Shown here: piece after piece, positions 38,262-51,781 of the stretch
Layout of the letters: each line of letters begins with the position of its first letter
Position numbering within the stretch: the first letter of the stretch is position 1
Assembly (NCBI RefSeq): GCF_001194135.2
Contig: NC_068989.1
Span: forward strand, 52,452,608-52,516,607
Source of the DNA: Octopus bimaculoides
Taxonomy: Eukaryota
Direction of reading: 5' to 3'
DNA: 64,000 nt
Notes under the pieces: model-generated
What the model was told of the DNA's origin: nothing
The model's database searches: none
The model's input: the letters and a program-made list of their open reading frames with translations, nothing else
Program-made: the position numbers and the translations under genes

Positions 38262-39887
38262 TGTGTGTGTGTGTGTGTGTGTCTGTGTGTATACATATGT
38301 ATGTGTGTGTGTGTATATACATATATACATATATATATATGTGTGCGTGTGTGTGTATGTGTCTACGTAAACCAAAAATGATATATGTTATAGGCAAGTG
38401 AGTATTACTTGCATATTCTAGGCATCATTTAATAGATTAGGTGCCTATGTAGTTGTGAAATAGATATAGATACCATTCCACCATTCCTGCCCCACCATCT
38501 TCAAACAAACTTAAAACAGGCACAAAGATACATAGATACATACACACATCAAAAGAACCCAGAGACACACGTGCAAATGTGTGTATCTGTTGGTGTATGC
38601 GTATATAGGTGCTGTCTGTGCGACATTTGGGTGTTGATATATTGATATATAATTTAACTCAAATTCAAATTGTTTTGTTTCCGAATGTCTTTTTCACATC
38701 AACTTTGAAGGTACTGAAAATATTCGCATCGGTTGTTTGTTCCATTTTCCTCCTTTGTTTGTTTGTTTGTTTTATGTTTTTTTTTACTTCAGTCATTGCG
38801 GTACGTTCATACTAGTGCAACGTTCTACAGAGTTTAGTCGATCAAAACTACTTCAATACTCATATTTGTATTTGTCATTTATATTTTGGCTATCTTGCAG
38901 TGAGATCAAACCTTAAAAACAACTGATTGCTAAGCAATCTTCCTTAATGTCAATATATTTATGATTCATATGTAAAAATAAAACTACCGAATAAAAAATA
39001 TGCGTGCAAAATGGAAATATTTCCTAAACATCTGTTTATTGATATGTTTTCGGTTCGGTGGTGTGCTTTTATGAAATAATGCCTCATTAGTTTCTTGAAT
39101 TAAATAGAGTTTCGCGGGAACTCTTTTTTAGACTCGGTGTTAGTGGTTCGCTTTAAGCTTACTATTCAAGTAATGTGCTGTATTTGAAATCAGTTCACAG
39201 AGAGCTGCAAGTCATATCATAAACTATATTGTCTAACTGTATCAATTCCACCAATTAACCGCCCTGCGACTCTGCTTTACGTAGCAACCCAGCAATAGAT
39301 ATATGGCGAACTTGACTTCGATGGAATTTCACCTCAGAGCGCAGACATTGGATACAAAGACATGTGGCCTTCGATTTCGTCCTCAAAAGCCTCTTCCAAT
39401 CAATAACTGTAGTCCATTTATATGTTTATATGTTTAAAGAGTAACCTCAGAGATTTGCCAATTCTGAATTTTTCAAGCATTCTTAGAATTATCGATAATA
39501 GTGTCATGTTTCATTTTTTTAATCTTTTAGCCAGGAGCAAATTAAATATGCAAGACTAATTACAGAGACGCCAAGCTTGGTGGGAAGAAGGTATTGGGCT
39601 GGTCCCAATGCTTGCAAGAAAGTTGATGCCGCTAAAGTCAATTCATGGCAGATAGTGTTAAGTCGAAAGAAAGTTTAAACCTAGCATCCAGGCATAACAT
39701 AACGGGATTTCAATTCACGGTGAAGAAACAGTACAGGATCTGCTAAGCGTTGTCAGAATCTGTAACATCTCTACCAAAATCATCATCTACATTGTAGTTC
39801 AATTAAATAATTATTTTAAAAGTAACTTCGAAATTCTGACAAATTTTAATTTTCAATCAGTGTTAGAAAAACGATATGTATATATAT

Positions 39888-40258
39888 TGCCCAAGGGGAA
39901 GGCAAAAGCCTATAAAGCTTAGCACCAGGGAAGTCGCAACTCATTTTTAACGCTGAGGGAACAGGACCAAAGTGCAATAAAGTGTCTTGCTGAAGACACA
40001 ACACACAGCCCGATCCGCGAATAGATTTCACAACCTCAAGCTTGAAAACCGGCGGTCTAACCACTGTGCCATACGCCTTCAATTCTCTCAGCTACCAAAA
40101 ATGAATAGTACCTGTATTTCAAAGGGCCACCCTTGTCACATTCTGTGTCACGCTGAATCTCCCTGAGGACATTATGAAGTGCTCAACCAGTTACATGTTA
40201 ATTTCATGAGTAGGCTGATCCGCTGATCGGATCAACTGGAAATCTTGTCGTCGTAAGT
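39888..40258. mobile_element. Two adjacent SINE fragments in opposite orientation (39888-40081 minus, 40085-40258 plus)
   Basis: Minus head tgaaggcgtatggcacagtggttag, and plus body aaatgaatagtacctgtatttcaaagggcc...ggatcaactggaa. Both are homologous to other copies in the window. Confidence 0.7.
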
Positions 40259-40867
40259 ATATATATATATATAGCCTGGGAGATATATTATGGTAATGAA
40301 ATAGTAGTTTTAACTACTATTTCTAATGTCGGTGTGTGGTGAAGCAATTTTTCCTGAACTTTAATTTTAATTATGTTTATCATTATAAAATGTTTGTATA
40401 ACTTTACCGATAATGGTTTTTTAACTCACCGATCTACTTGGTACAATTACTAATTATTAATTAATTATTAATTTTTACCCTATGTATGTATGTATGTACG
40501 TACGTATGTGTGTGTGTGTGTGTGTGTGTATGGGTGTGGTAACTTTCTGAAACATGGATAATTTGGTACTAAAATTTTCTACATACACCTCTCAGATTAT
40601 ATCGGAATTTGTAGATTGACAAATTTATTTTTTGAACCAGTTGAAGACACGCGAGATGTCGAAATGTTCCCAAGATAACAAATGGCACTCTTCTTTTAAT
40701 TTTGACTCTATATCTTCAGGAGGAGTTACCTCAATCCTTTCTATATTAACTAAAATGAAGTAGATTGACAAATTTATTTTTTGAACCAGTTGAAGACACG
40801 CCAGATGTCGAAATATTGTTCCCAAGATAACAAATGGCACTCTTCTTTTAATTTTGACTCTATATCT

Positions 40868-40900
<33 letters not shown>

Positions 40901-40909
40901 TATTATTAT

Positions 40910-40977
<68 letters not shown>

Positions 40978-41020
40978 GGTAGTGAAGTGAAAGCACGTTA
41001 TAAAAATAAAACTACTGAAC

Positions 41021-41098
<78 letters not shown>

Positions 41099-41099
<1 letters not shown>

Positions 41100-42542
41100 G
41101 GGACATCGGTATGGAATTTGGGATTACCAAATGTTCAGTACTTAATAGGAAAAGAAGGAAGAAAGCAGCCTGCAGAGAATTGCGGTTACCATCAGGAGAA
41201 ACCATGGGTTAGCCCGGCGGTAGTGGATATAGATATTTAGGGATTTTGAAGCTGGATGACATTCTACGCAGAGAAATGAAAGTCAAGGTCAGCGCGGTGT
41301 ATCAAAAACGAGTGAAGATGGTGTTGAAATCTAACCTGAATGCCAAAAATTTGATTACCGCGATGAATATCTGGGCAGTTGCGGTGGCCAGGTATAGTGC
41401 GTCCATCCTCAAATACACTAAGTAGGAAATATCAACACTGGATAGAAGGACGAGAATGTTGATGACGCTGCATGGGGTTCTACACCCTAAAGCAAACGTA
41501 AAAAAGACTATATGAAAAGAAAGAATGGTGACAGAGGACGAATTAATATCGACATTTTATAAGGAGTGAAAGGGGAACGCTTGCCGAGTATTTGATAAAT
41601 AGTGATGAATATGCCGCGAAAGATGTAAAGGGTGTAAATGCAGATGAAATGATGGGCAAGGAAGAGTTTCACCAATGAGCTGAAAAGAAGAAAAAAGAAG
41701 ACCTTCTTGAAATGAGAATGAATGAAGAGTTTGAAAGGAATACACAGGACCTGAAGGATAATACAGCATCGTGGGCATGGCTTGAGCGAAATGATTTGAA
41801 GCGAACCACCGAAAGCCAAATCATTGCTGCACAAGACCAGGCTCTCGCTGCCAATTTAGTGAAGCATAACATCTATGAAATTACTAACACCCAGAAATAC
41901 AGAATGTGGAAAGAGTGTGGAAAATGTGACTCACTTGGTAAGTGGATGTGAGAGCCATGCACAAAAAGAATACAAGCACCGCCACGATAAAATGTATGTG
42001 TATCTTCATTGGCTCTTATGCCGTAAATACCAATATGAAGTAACAGAGAACTGGTATGAGCATGTACCAAGTAAAGTTATGCAGGAGAATCGCAAAGAAA
42101 CATTACTCTGGGACTATGATTTTCAGACGGATCGTGTAATCGAACACCGTCGTCCGGATATTGTCATATTGAATAAGAGACAAATACTGTCAGATAATTG
42201 CTGTAGCCATACCAAATTACATGAATGTTGTGAGTAAAGAGGTTGACGAAAATCACCAAGTACTCCGAATTGAAAGAGGAAATGGCAAGACTGTATGGAA
42301 TGCGAGAGGGTAATGTAAAAGTGATACAAGTGGTGATCGGAGCGTTGGGCTCAATCCCAACGAAACTTCAAGACTTCTTAATGCTACTGGAAATCCCATG
42401 CAGGATTGATGTCTTGCAAAAAGCAGCCTTATTGGGCACCACGCACATCTTAAGGAAAGTATTATCTGTCTGAGGTCCTTGTTGTGACTTGACAGATGAC
42501 TAAAGACTCCGGTGCATTTTTACCTACAATGTGTTACGAAGG
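41099..42542 (+). mobile_element. R4/Dong-type non-LTR retrotransposon, 5'-truncated, flanked by (AAT)n
   Basis: RT C-terminus DIGMEFGITKC, YRYLGIL, WAVAVARYSA and LHPKANV. Then KRTTESQIIAAQDQAL, knuckle CGKSVENVTHLVSGC, KHRHD, LLWDYDFQTDRVIEHRRPDIV, KITKYSEL, VVIGALG and QKAALLGTTHILRKVL*. Multiple frameshifts. Confidence 0.92.
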
Positions 42543-42547
42543 AATAA

Positions 42548-42670
<123 letters not shown>

Positions 42671-43876
42671 TAGTAGTAGTAGTAGTATGCAGACTTGTAC
42701 ATCCTCTATTTTTATTTTACAGTTATATAGAGCAAATCACAATGACCTACACGTTTCTACTGCAGCAACTGCACATTGTTGCAGATGCAGCCTTCCAATA
42801 TTATCAATGCAGTTTCATCAGGGTCCGTGCATTTGGTCTTACGCGAAGAAATCTTATACTGGTTAGTATTCTGTAGAATGCATTGATATTGCTATTTATA
42901 GTCATAAGAATCTGACCAAGAGCTCACATCTGCTGTTGATGGAGGTTTGGGGCCTGGTCGTAAAACATGTCAAGGGTGGGGTTGTTATATATAAACTATA
43001 GTAACGACCCTCCTTTCTTTCTAGATCTGAAACTATTAAGGACCCCAATAATCGCTTACTACTTCTTCTCCATACTGCATTCCAAGTAGGCTGTCTCATG
43101 CTTCTTCACACTCACCAGCCTCTGGCGTATAAGACGTTTTTGCTCTATTCTACCTCGATGATAATCACCCTTTCTTGTTTTGTTTAAATAAATCAAATTA
43201 CAAAGTCTCCAGTCTAACACTAATACCATCTATCTCACTTGCCTTGGCAGACCTGTGAAGGTCTGAGAATTCCTACTCATGGCAAACTCAAGAGAATAAT
43301 AGCAAATCTAGTAATAACAAAAATCTTAGGAAGATATGAAGAAGACTGAATTAAATTTATCATTATTATTATTATTTCGAGCAAAAATACTCATTGACCT
43401 TTGAACAACTTGATAAGAAATTTTAAAATGGTATTAACTGAATTGATGAATCAATAAAAAATTGTTTTGATTGGAATATATATACTTCATAAGATTAGGA
43501 AAGGCAGCAGCTGGTGTAATTAAACCAAAAGTATACATAAGTAGAGACTGACTCCAAGAATATTCGTTTTAATGAATTCGTAGAGATAATCATACATACA
43601 TTCATATATCTGCGTGTGTATGTATATAAATAGATATGTATGTGAGCATACATAATGTAATTTAATACATAAATGTAATTACATATATATTTGTAAAATA
43701 TAATTACACATATAAGCTCGTGTGTGAATGTGTGTGTGTGTGTGTGTAATTAATCGTTTTTGTCTTTTACTACTTGACAACTGATGTTAGATTCCATCTT
43801 GGTAACTTAACGGTTCGGCAAAAGGCAATACAACAGAACAAGTGCTGTATGTGTGTGTGTGTGTGTGTATGTATGC

Positions 43877-43921
<45 letters not shown>

Positions 43922-43989
43922 CATGGGAATATAGCGGGATACCTTATCCAAACGGACATCCTGGTGGCTCACAGTAATAAACAAAATAT

Positions 43990-45965
43990 GGTGTACAGAA
44001 TTGTAAAATAAAAGAAATCAATTTTGAGAATGTACAAGTTTGCATATTCTATATCGTTATAATGCCAAAAAACAGGTGGTATTTTTAACATTTTCAGCTG
44101 GCATAGGAATGGGGTTTGCCCAAAAGAAATGTTCATATTTGTTTGGTGAACAGGAAAAATCAATCTCACAGACCGAAAATCTGTGCATCGGTGATCGCAC
44201 TTTATACTCTTTCCCACAGAAAGAATTCTGCAACTACTTAGGTATTGATGAAAATGTAAACGAAAGTAATGTGAATAAAGATAGAGTGACCCGGGAATAT
44301 TATGCCAGACTTAGAATATTATGGCAGTTGGAACTCATCTCTTGTAACAAAATATCTCACAATACATTTGCAGTACCGGTACTGATTCCAACATTTGGAA
44401 CTGGACTGGTCTGTAGACGAAATCCACTCCACAGCCGTAAAAATCCGTGAGATACTGACATCAGCTGGAAATTCTCCTCAAGGCTAGTGATATCGACAGG
44501 TTGCACTGATGAAGAGAAATGGAAGTAGAGGTATGGGATCAGTACAGACAGCCTATGAATGTCATATGTTCTCTCATAGATACCACTTCCTGAAACGACC
44601 ACACCAAAAATAAATACATACACTTAGTGCTCAAAAGTGAAGAGAACAATATCCTACGTGCCAGCAGCGATATGCTCTTGAAGCACTCTTTACCTAATGA
44701 CCTCCAACAACTTCAAAACAGCCGGATTAACATACGTCAAAGAAGTCTTGGTTGTGAAACACTCAGTTGTTGGCACTCCGTCGCTTACGACGTCGAGGGT
44801 TCCAGTTGATCCGATCAACGGAACAGCCTGCTCGTGAAATTAACGTGCAAGTGGATGAGCACTCCACAGACACGTAGTTCTCGGAAATATTCAGCGTGAC
44901 ACAGTGGGTGACAAGCCTGGCCCTTTGAATTACAAGCACAACAGAAATAGGAAGTAAGAGTGAGAGAAAGTTGTGGTGAAAGAGTACAGCAGTGTTCGCC
45001 ACCATCCTCTGTCGGAGCTCGTGGAGCTTTTAGGTGTTTTCGCTCAATAAACACTCACAACGCCCGGTCTGGGAATCGAAACCGCGATCCTATGACCGCG
45101 AGTCCACTGCCCTAACCACTGCGCCATTGCACCTCCGAAACACTCAGTATCTCAAAGACATATATGCGTTTGTATGTTTCCCGATGATATTAGTAGAAGA
45201 CAATAATATTGAGATTACACGAAGCTTCTCGTGGACTCGTGATTGCTATATCTTATCACAATTCGAGGGCTATGCATTTGCAATTCCAAAACAGGAGTTT
45301 GCTACTAAATACCTAATCAACAAAAGAGACAGTGAATCCCTTGGAGTCCCAACATGCAATTAAAAATGTACTTATGTCATATTTCTATGGAAGACATCGC
45401 ACATGTGATTGGCAAAAGCCCAGAAATTTCATCAATGTACTACTTCCCAATGCGACAGGACATTGTCGGAAAAAACAATATACAATGTCACCCGGAAAGA
45501 AGACTGTCTTGGAATAAATATGGAGAAACCCTCTGTTATTGGATACGTGCAAAAACACCAACACAAAGTATATTGGAATATTCCCATCAAAATATCTGTC
45601 AAAATAAGCAAAACAAGCCGCATATTGTGGTTTAGGATAGACAAAGAAAAAAAAGATGAATGTACCGTCATAGAGGTCTGTTCTCCTTCTGATTAGAATA
45701 TCTCTTTGAAAATCAAAGAACAATAGAATAGCTATGGACAGCTATTTTGAAACCTCCAGCTTCTATATCAAGATGAAAAAAAAATACATATATAACAATA
45801 ATAATAGGCCAACTTAGTGGTGTAAGTAAATGCCTAGCTGATAGTTTGGATAAGCTTGGATTTCTAGAAAACGAAATCAACCAGCAAGGTCGCACATTAC
45901 AAATATTATGTGTAAGCGAACAATAATAATATCCAAGATCTTTCTCAAGTTTAAAGTGTGACATT
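43990..45965 (+). mobile_element. R4-clade non-LTR retrotransposon fragment (RT end to RLE), interrupted by a SINE
   Basis: FSAGIGMGFAQKKC, NYLGIDEN, RVTREYYARL, HNTFAVPVLIPTFG, WTRDCYILSQFEGYAFAI..TKYLINKRD, EDIAHVI..SPEISSMYYFPMRQD, YWNIPIK, QNKPHIVV and ECTVIEVCSP. Confidence 0.85.
44768..45136 (-). mobile_element. tRNA-derived SINE with 12-bp target-site duplication
   Basis: GAAACACTCAGT at 44756-44767 and 45137-45148. The minus head is ggaggtgcaatggcgcagtggttagg (A box) ... ggtttcgattccc (B box), and the tail is ...gtaagcgacggagtgccaaca. Confidence 0.92.
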
Positions 45966-46559
45966 GTTTACGTTATCTAGATTGCAAAGATAAAGCTTTG
46001 TAAATTTATTAGGAATCAGCTCCTTCCAGGGAGGAACACTTTAAAAAGTTATAAACAGAAGCGAACGTACACATACATACATACATACATACATAAAGAA
46101 TCTAAGTCAAAGAAAGATTTTATTACATTTCTAATGACCAGTTACAATTGTTTCCGCACGAAGTCTGTATTCAATGCATGTTTACGCAAAAGTTCGAAAT
46201 GAAAATTTACATAAAAATTCCGGTTTTAAGCATTAGAGTGGCACTTTTTCAGACCTGTATCAAAGATGCGTTCTTGCATTGTGAGTTCGCTAGGCTCTGT
46301 ACTTTTCTTATGTTGAGAGGAAACAAAACTATAAAAAAGAAAAGCAATAAAAGGAAAATAAATGGTGAAAAGACGGACGGGTTAAATGCAATAAAAATAC
46401 CAAAGTAGATAAAATTATTATATATATAAAATATATAGTGTGCAGTGAATATATTGTTGTCTAAATTACGCAAAAATGAAAATAACACTGACATCTCATT
46501 TTAACAGATATATTTGCCAAAATTACATAAAACTATCTTGAAATAATAAAGAGTAACTT

Positions 46560-47110
46560 TATTCCATAAAATTGTCATTGGCTTCGACCATGGCCTCCAG
46601 ACGACTACGGAATTTCCTACAACTCTTCTGGGCGGTCTCCTTGTTTACGTTGGTGAATGCTGCCATAATCCTTGCCTTTAGTTTAGTTTTGTGTTACAAG
46701 GAGTCTTGTTGGTCTCTCGTTCAGCTGTACCCCATACATAATAATCAAGGGGGTTGCAGTCTGGAGAGTTAGATAGCCAGATGTTAGGAGTGATGTGGTC
46801 GGAGAAATTGTCTGACAGCCATGACTGGTTTCCTCTGCTTGTGTAGCATGGTGCCAGACATAGGGTCTTTCAGCAGCCACCCTCTTGATTCAGGACCGCT
46901 CTACCTCCTCCAGTCACTTGATGTTTGACCTCCGTGTTAAATCGGAGGCGGTTTTGGAAGATGAATGGAAGCATAACATCGCCATCATTAGTGATCACTC
47001 AAAACACGATGATATTGACTGGATGTTTGATTTTTAGCAATCTCGGTGCATATTTTGGGGACACGGTAAGCCAATGGTTGTTCTGCGTGTTCAAAATATG
47101 TTCATATTTG
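46560..47110 (-). mobile_element. maT/mariner-like transposase remnant
   Basis: Minus translations NNHWLTVSP, KIKHPVNIIVF, DGDVMLPFIF, RPYVW, SWLSDNFSDHITPNIW..NSPDCNPLDYYVWG and KFRSRLEAMVEA. Confidence 0.75.
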
Positions 47111-48669
47111 AGTTTCCAGCGTGAATGTCAAGCAGTACATGTTGTTTCCAAATCTCTGGCAGAGTGAATAGCGTCATGGTGCTGTTTTCCTCGCAGACCG
47201 TCCCCCGCTGACCCTACTATACTGTGTAGTTGACAAAATCAAAAGCAAACAATGTGCATGCGCGAAATTTAAAATATTTAATCGCGAGAATTTAGCCATC
47301 GCAGTCTGTGTGAGTATATACACACACACACACACACGCACACACACGCACACACAAATATGCCTGTACATGTGTAGCATCTATCCATGTTTGCTTTCAT
47401 GCGCTCCTATGTGCGCACGTATATATGCATCCATGTTAACATTGTTACAAGTGTCACCTCATTAAAAGTAGGATCGCTGTCATTTGTAACCTAATCCTTG
47501 CAACAGCGTTTATAAATACATTGCCTTATATAACGTTTGGTAAAATCTTGTGTTTGCTTCAAAGATTTTAGAGTTTTCCATGTCTCCCAAATATTAAGGA
47601 ATGTGTTATTAACGCTAATGTTAACAGGAAACTAGCTGTTGTCGTCGTCGTTGTTGTGGCTATTGCCGTTGTCTCTGTAATCTTCGTTCGCATTAGTATT
47701 AATTGTCCTCAGTCATGATCAAAGGTATTTCAGCTTTGACCGTTCCCAGAAAGTGAATCTAGAAGCACTTAATGTAATGTAGAGCGGCAGAATGTGATTT
47801 GAGGCTTTTGAAGGCTGTTATTTCTATGAAGACGAGAGACTACTTTATATTTTTATCCCATTGGATTTCAGAACTATTGGATAATACAACAATCAAAATT
47901 TTCGTATTTCAAGGGTATGCACATTTTATTAATAGGAATTATGGTGCTTTCGATTCACTAACATATCAACGTAAATTTGTGGTTTTGAGTGTGTATGGGT
48001 GGCAAAAACATTTAAGTTAAGTCAAAGGACTCTTGATTAATTTCAAGTTAGCACTGATCTAGAAAACTTATGATAAAAATATACAGCAACCAAATCTGTT
48101 CCTTCATTTTGAGGATTATAGAAAACTAGATATGTTTGAGGGTGGGATTTGAGGGATATTTAACGTGTCTGTTTTGTAGTGCTGGTGTGTATGTATTCAC
48201 AGCTAAATGAACTCTGTTCCTTTCAGGTTAAAAATATTCTATAATTATGGTCATGTGATAGATGCTGCCAAAACTTCAATTGGTGAAAGATTGATTTTTC
48301 GCTATACTATATTTACGCATATATTTACGCATATATTTATGCATATATTTGAAAAATATAAATAATTTATAACGGAAGGACAATTTTGAAAAAAATAAGT
48401 AGTATCTGTTAACATATATTGTATAGGTTATCATCTAGGTATTCTTAATATCATCACGCAGAGAGATATAAGATTTACTGAATAAACAATATAATTATCA
48501 AGACAAATACAGTGAATGACTGATATGATTTTCACCTGATTCTGATATTTGTCAAATATAGCGAATTATGAGTGAAACATGCTGGGTTCTACAGGAATTG
48601 TTAGAGGTTCTATATCCGGAGTTCGTGGGGCTTGCCAGCATTAGCTTTCCCTCCTTCTCCATCATTATC

Positions 48670-48843
48670 ATCTTCTTCTTCTTCTTCTTCTTCTTCTTCT
48701 TCTTCTTCTTCTTCTTCTTCTTCTTCTTCTTCTACTACTACTGCTGCTGCTGCTGCTGCTACTACTACTACTACTACTGCTACTACTACTACTACTACTA
48801 CTATTACGACGACGACTACTACTACTACTACTACTACTACTAT

Positions 48844-48903
<60 letters not shown>
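48670..48903. repeat. Compound trinucleotide array (TTC)n(TAC)n(TGC)n(TAC)n
   Basis: Directly visible. Confidence 0.95.
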
Positions 48904-48905
<2 letters not shown>

Positions 48906-51781
48906 GTTCCTTTTGTTCATTCTAAAACTATAAAACTACTATCATTATAATTATTATTTTCCTTTTAATCTGCGTCTTTGATACAATCCGATACCGAGTC
49001 ATAGCCAACGGCCAAGGGTTAGAGGATGTTGAGATGTGATTGAAGGTTTGGAGAATGAAATTGAGAAAGACGCTACAGAAATATATTCATATAATACAAC
49101 ACAACGTGATGCATTTCATTAATTTCATTTATTAACAACAAGTAGAGCAACAACAACCGTGCCTTCGAAACCATTACAACTCGAAGTAGTTCTACCATCT
49201 TTTCCACACCACGTCTAACAATATTGCTGCTGTCGCATTCGCTGTGGCTCCTGAGCATATATATGAGATATTCTTATCTAGTCGTCTCTCATGATCGGCC
49301 ACAGAATTGCAGTGTTTTTCCGAAAATTCTTAGATCTTACTGACGCCAGCCTTCTTCGTGTGTTTCAACAGTGGCTCCACGGCAGTTTTTATATACAACC
49401 CTAGACCGTTTTCCTCTCCTTCGGTACTTATTATTATTATTATTATTATTTCTTTTAATTTCGTTTCTATTTCTTTCCGAGTGCTCACACTCATCTTTTT
49501 CTATTTTTTGCTTCTTTCTATCCAGTTCCTTCTCGTTCCTCGTTTTTAGTCGTCAGTGCAAGAAGTTCACTAAAGAAACGTCCTACGCAGTCAAAACGCT
49601 ATTATGTTTTCCTTAAATGGTATAAATAACTAATCAGTTGTTGCTTCGCAATTAAATTTTCAATTAATCTAATTTCCCAATTATATTCGGTACTTATTAT
49701 ATTTCTCTATGACAAGCTAGTCGCTGCTCGTTATAATGCAAAAAGAAAATTTTGCACCCGCTTATTAAGCCTAATAAACATACGCGCTAGAAGTCGCCAC
49801 CGTGCTTTTTCGCTCAAATAAGAACGTAAGCTAAATGCTAGTATTTCCCTAATGATCGCATTTAACTCTTGTTTGATTAATTCCGAAGTTGAAAACATTA
49901 CAAATAATCAATCCATCATTGTAAACCTACTTAGTGTTGATTGAAAACGTCGTTCAGATATTTACAAAACAATGACAATTGAAAGTTTGTAATTCACTCA
50001 ATGTATTTAAACTTCCCCCTTAGACATCTCCGAATAACCATTAACAATTGATTGCTCTTTTCATTTACTTCTTTCAAATAATCGTATGTTGTAGGCAACG
50101 TTTGAATGTCAACAAAAAGATTTTGTCGTATAATCTGAATGTTTACATCGGACTTTTTTTATATCATGTACTAAAATCATTCACCAACATATTGACTGAC
50201 CATTCTAGCAATTCCCCTTTCCTATTTTGTTTGTTTTGGCTATTTCCCAAAATTGTAGTCATTATATAAATTGTTGTACCTAAAATAGACTGATGGATTC
50301 TTTTATTTCCACCAGAGCAAGGAAAGATAAAAGATCTATCATGTTTTCATGTCATCAATGTTAGTGACATCAATGTACTGAACTTCTTTTGGCTCTCAAC
50401 ACTATACTCAAGCTGGTATCACTGGTGCAGATACCCAGTGAATCATTTGCCTAGCAGATCACCTTGCTCCAGTGACTCACTATCCTCACCAACCTGATAT
50501 CTGATCAAAACAAAGGCTCTTCTTGTGCCATTTAACTTCTTTCTAACCTCCAAATCAATCTTCTATCCAACCATTAATTTTCGGCTCTCAACATCTAATC
50601 GCTTATAATGAAAGTAACATACATCACAGCCTTCTAGCACACAACAACATCTGCTTTGAGTAAAAGTCGCAATGTTGCTAATTAATCAAGATTCCACCTG
50701 ACAATTCTGGGGAGTGAATGTGCTTTACCTATGATACCTTTGGAACCCTTAAATAACATTTCTGTTTTAAAAGGGTCCTTTTTCTAAATATTGTAGGTTT
50801 TTTTTTTTCACTTTCTCACGGCGAACCATTTCACGTTTCAACTTTTTATGCATTTCCAATAAAGAAGCGCAAAACAGATACCACCCCTCCGAATAATACA
50901 TTTACATACATTCAGGTACAGCTGCAGAGACTTTGTATAGGCGACGAATGTAGCTTACAACACATAAAGGAAGGCTCACTTCATCACCAACTCGAACATT
51001 TTATTAACCATATTACTGTCTACAAGTTAATATATTAAAGCAATCTACATCTAAGGAATATCAGCTTAATCCCGCCCTACTGTCCTAAGAAAAGAACGCA
51101 TTCTATATCTTGGTATTAGATACATTATTTCTGCAGCGTGCCGATGGTGACAGCTATAACAACATTTGATCAAAGATCTGCATCAATGCAGTGCTGAGGC
51201 TAAACCGCAAGAACAAGGTTTAAATGAAACATTTGAAAATGATGATTTTTCTTTACCACTTTAATACATGTTCCTTTCATAGTGACCTGCAACGAAGTTT
51301 CTACAAAGCTAAACATTTTAAAGACGTTCTATCTTACACCACATACCAATGATTTTTTTAAAATTTAAACATCTTCAGAGAAAACAGTATTGCTTTTCAT
51401 CTCAAATGCAAAATTTTTGATAGTTTCAGGCACGCAAACTTCCTAGTTACTCTCTCTCCCATCTGTTACTTCGGAATTTTCCTGTTAGACACACAAATAC
51501 CAGCGTAAGCTAACAAACGTCTTTTATCGATAGTTTTAATCTGACAGTTTGTATTTTAAATGAAATAAAGGAAATAAAGTCCTACATGTTTTGTATAGCA
51601 CAACTATTCTTTCGGAAATTACTTATCATCCGTAATCTTCTAAACATATGCACAGAGGTATAACCTTCATTCAGCCTAGATATTTCTGCTAAGAATAGAG
51701 TGCTTCTATGAAAAGGAAGCTCAGAAACATCTCCAATGAGGACATACATTGGATCTTTTCCCTTTGGCCGGCACATTTAAA

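Noticed and set aside
42900-43140. Gypsy integrase C-terminal remnant
   Set aside because: The resemblance is only vague, with multiple stops and no LTR or other domains nearby.
45060-45136. Genuine tRNA gene (also at 8389-8460, 33569-33640, 40010-40081)
   Set aside because: A and B boxes are present, but there is no complete cloverleaf or acceptor stem, and each continues into a shared SINE body.
50290-50600. RTE-like LINE fragment on the minus strand
   Set aside because: It is too degenerate to recover any diagnostic motif by eye.
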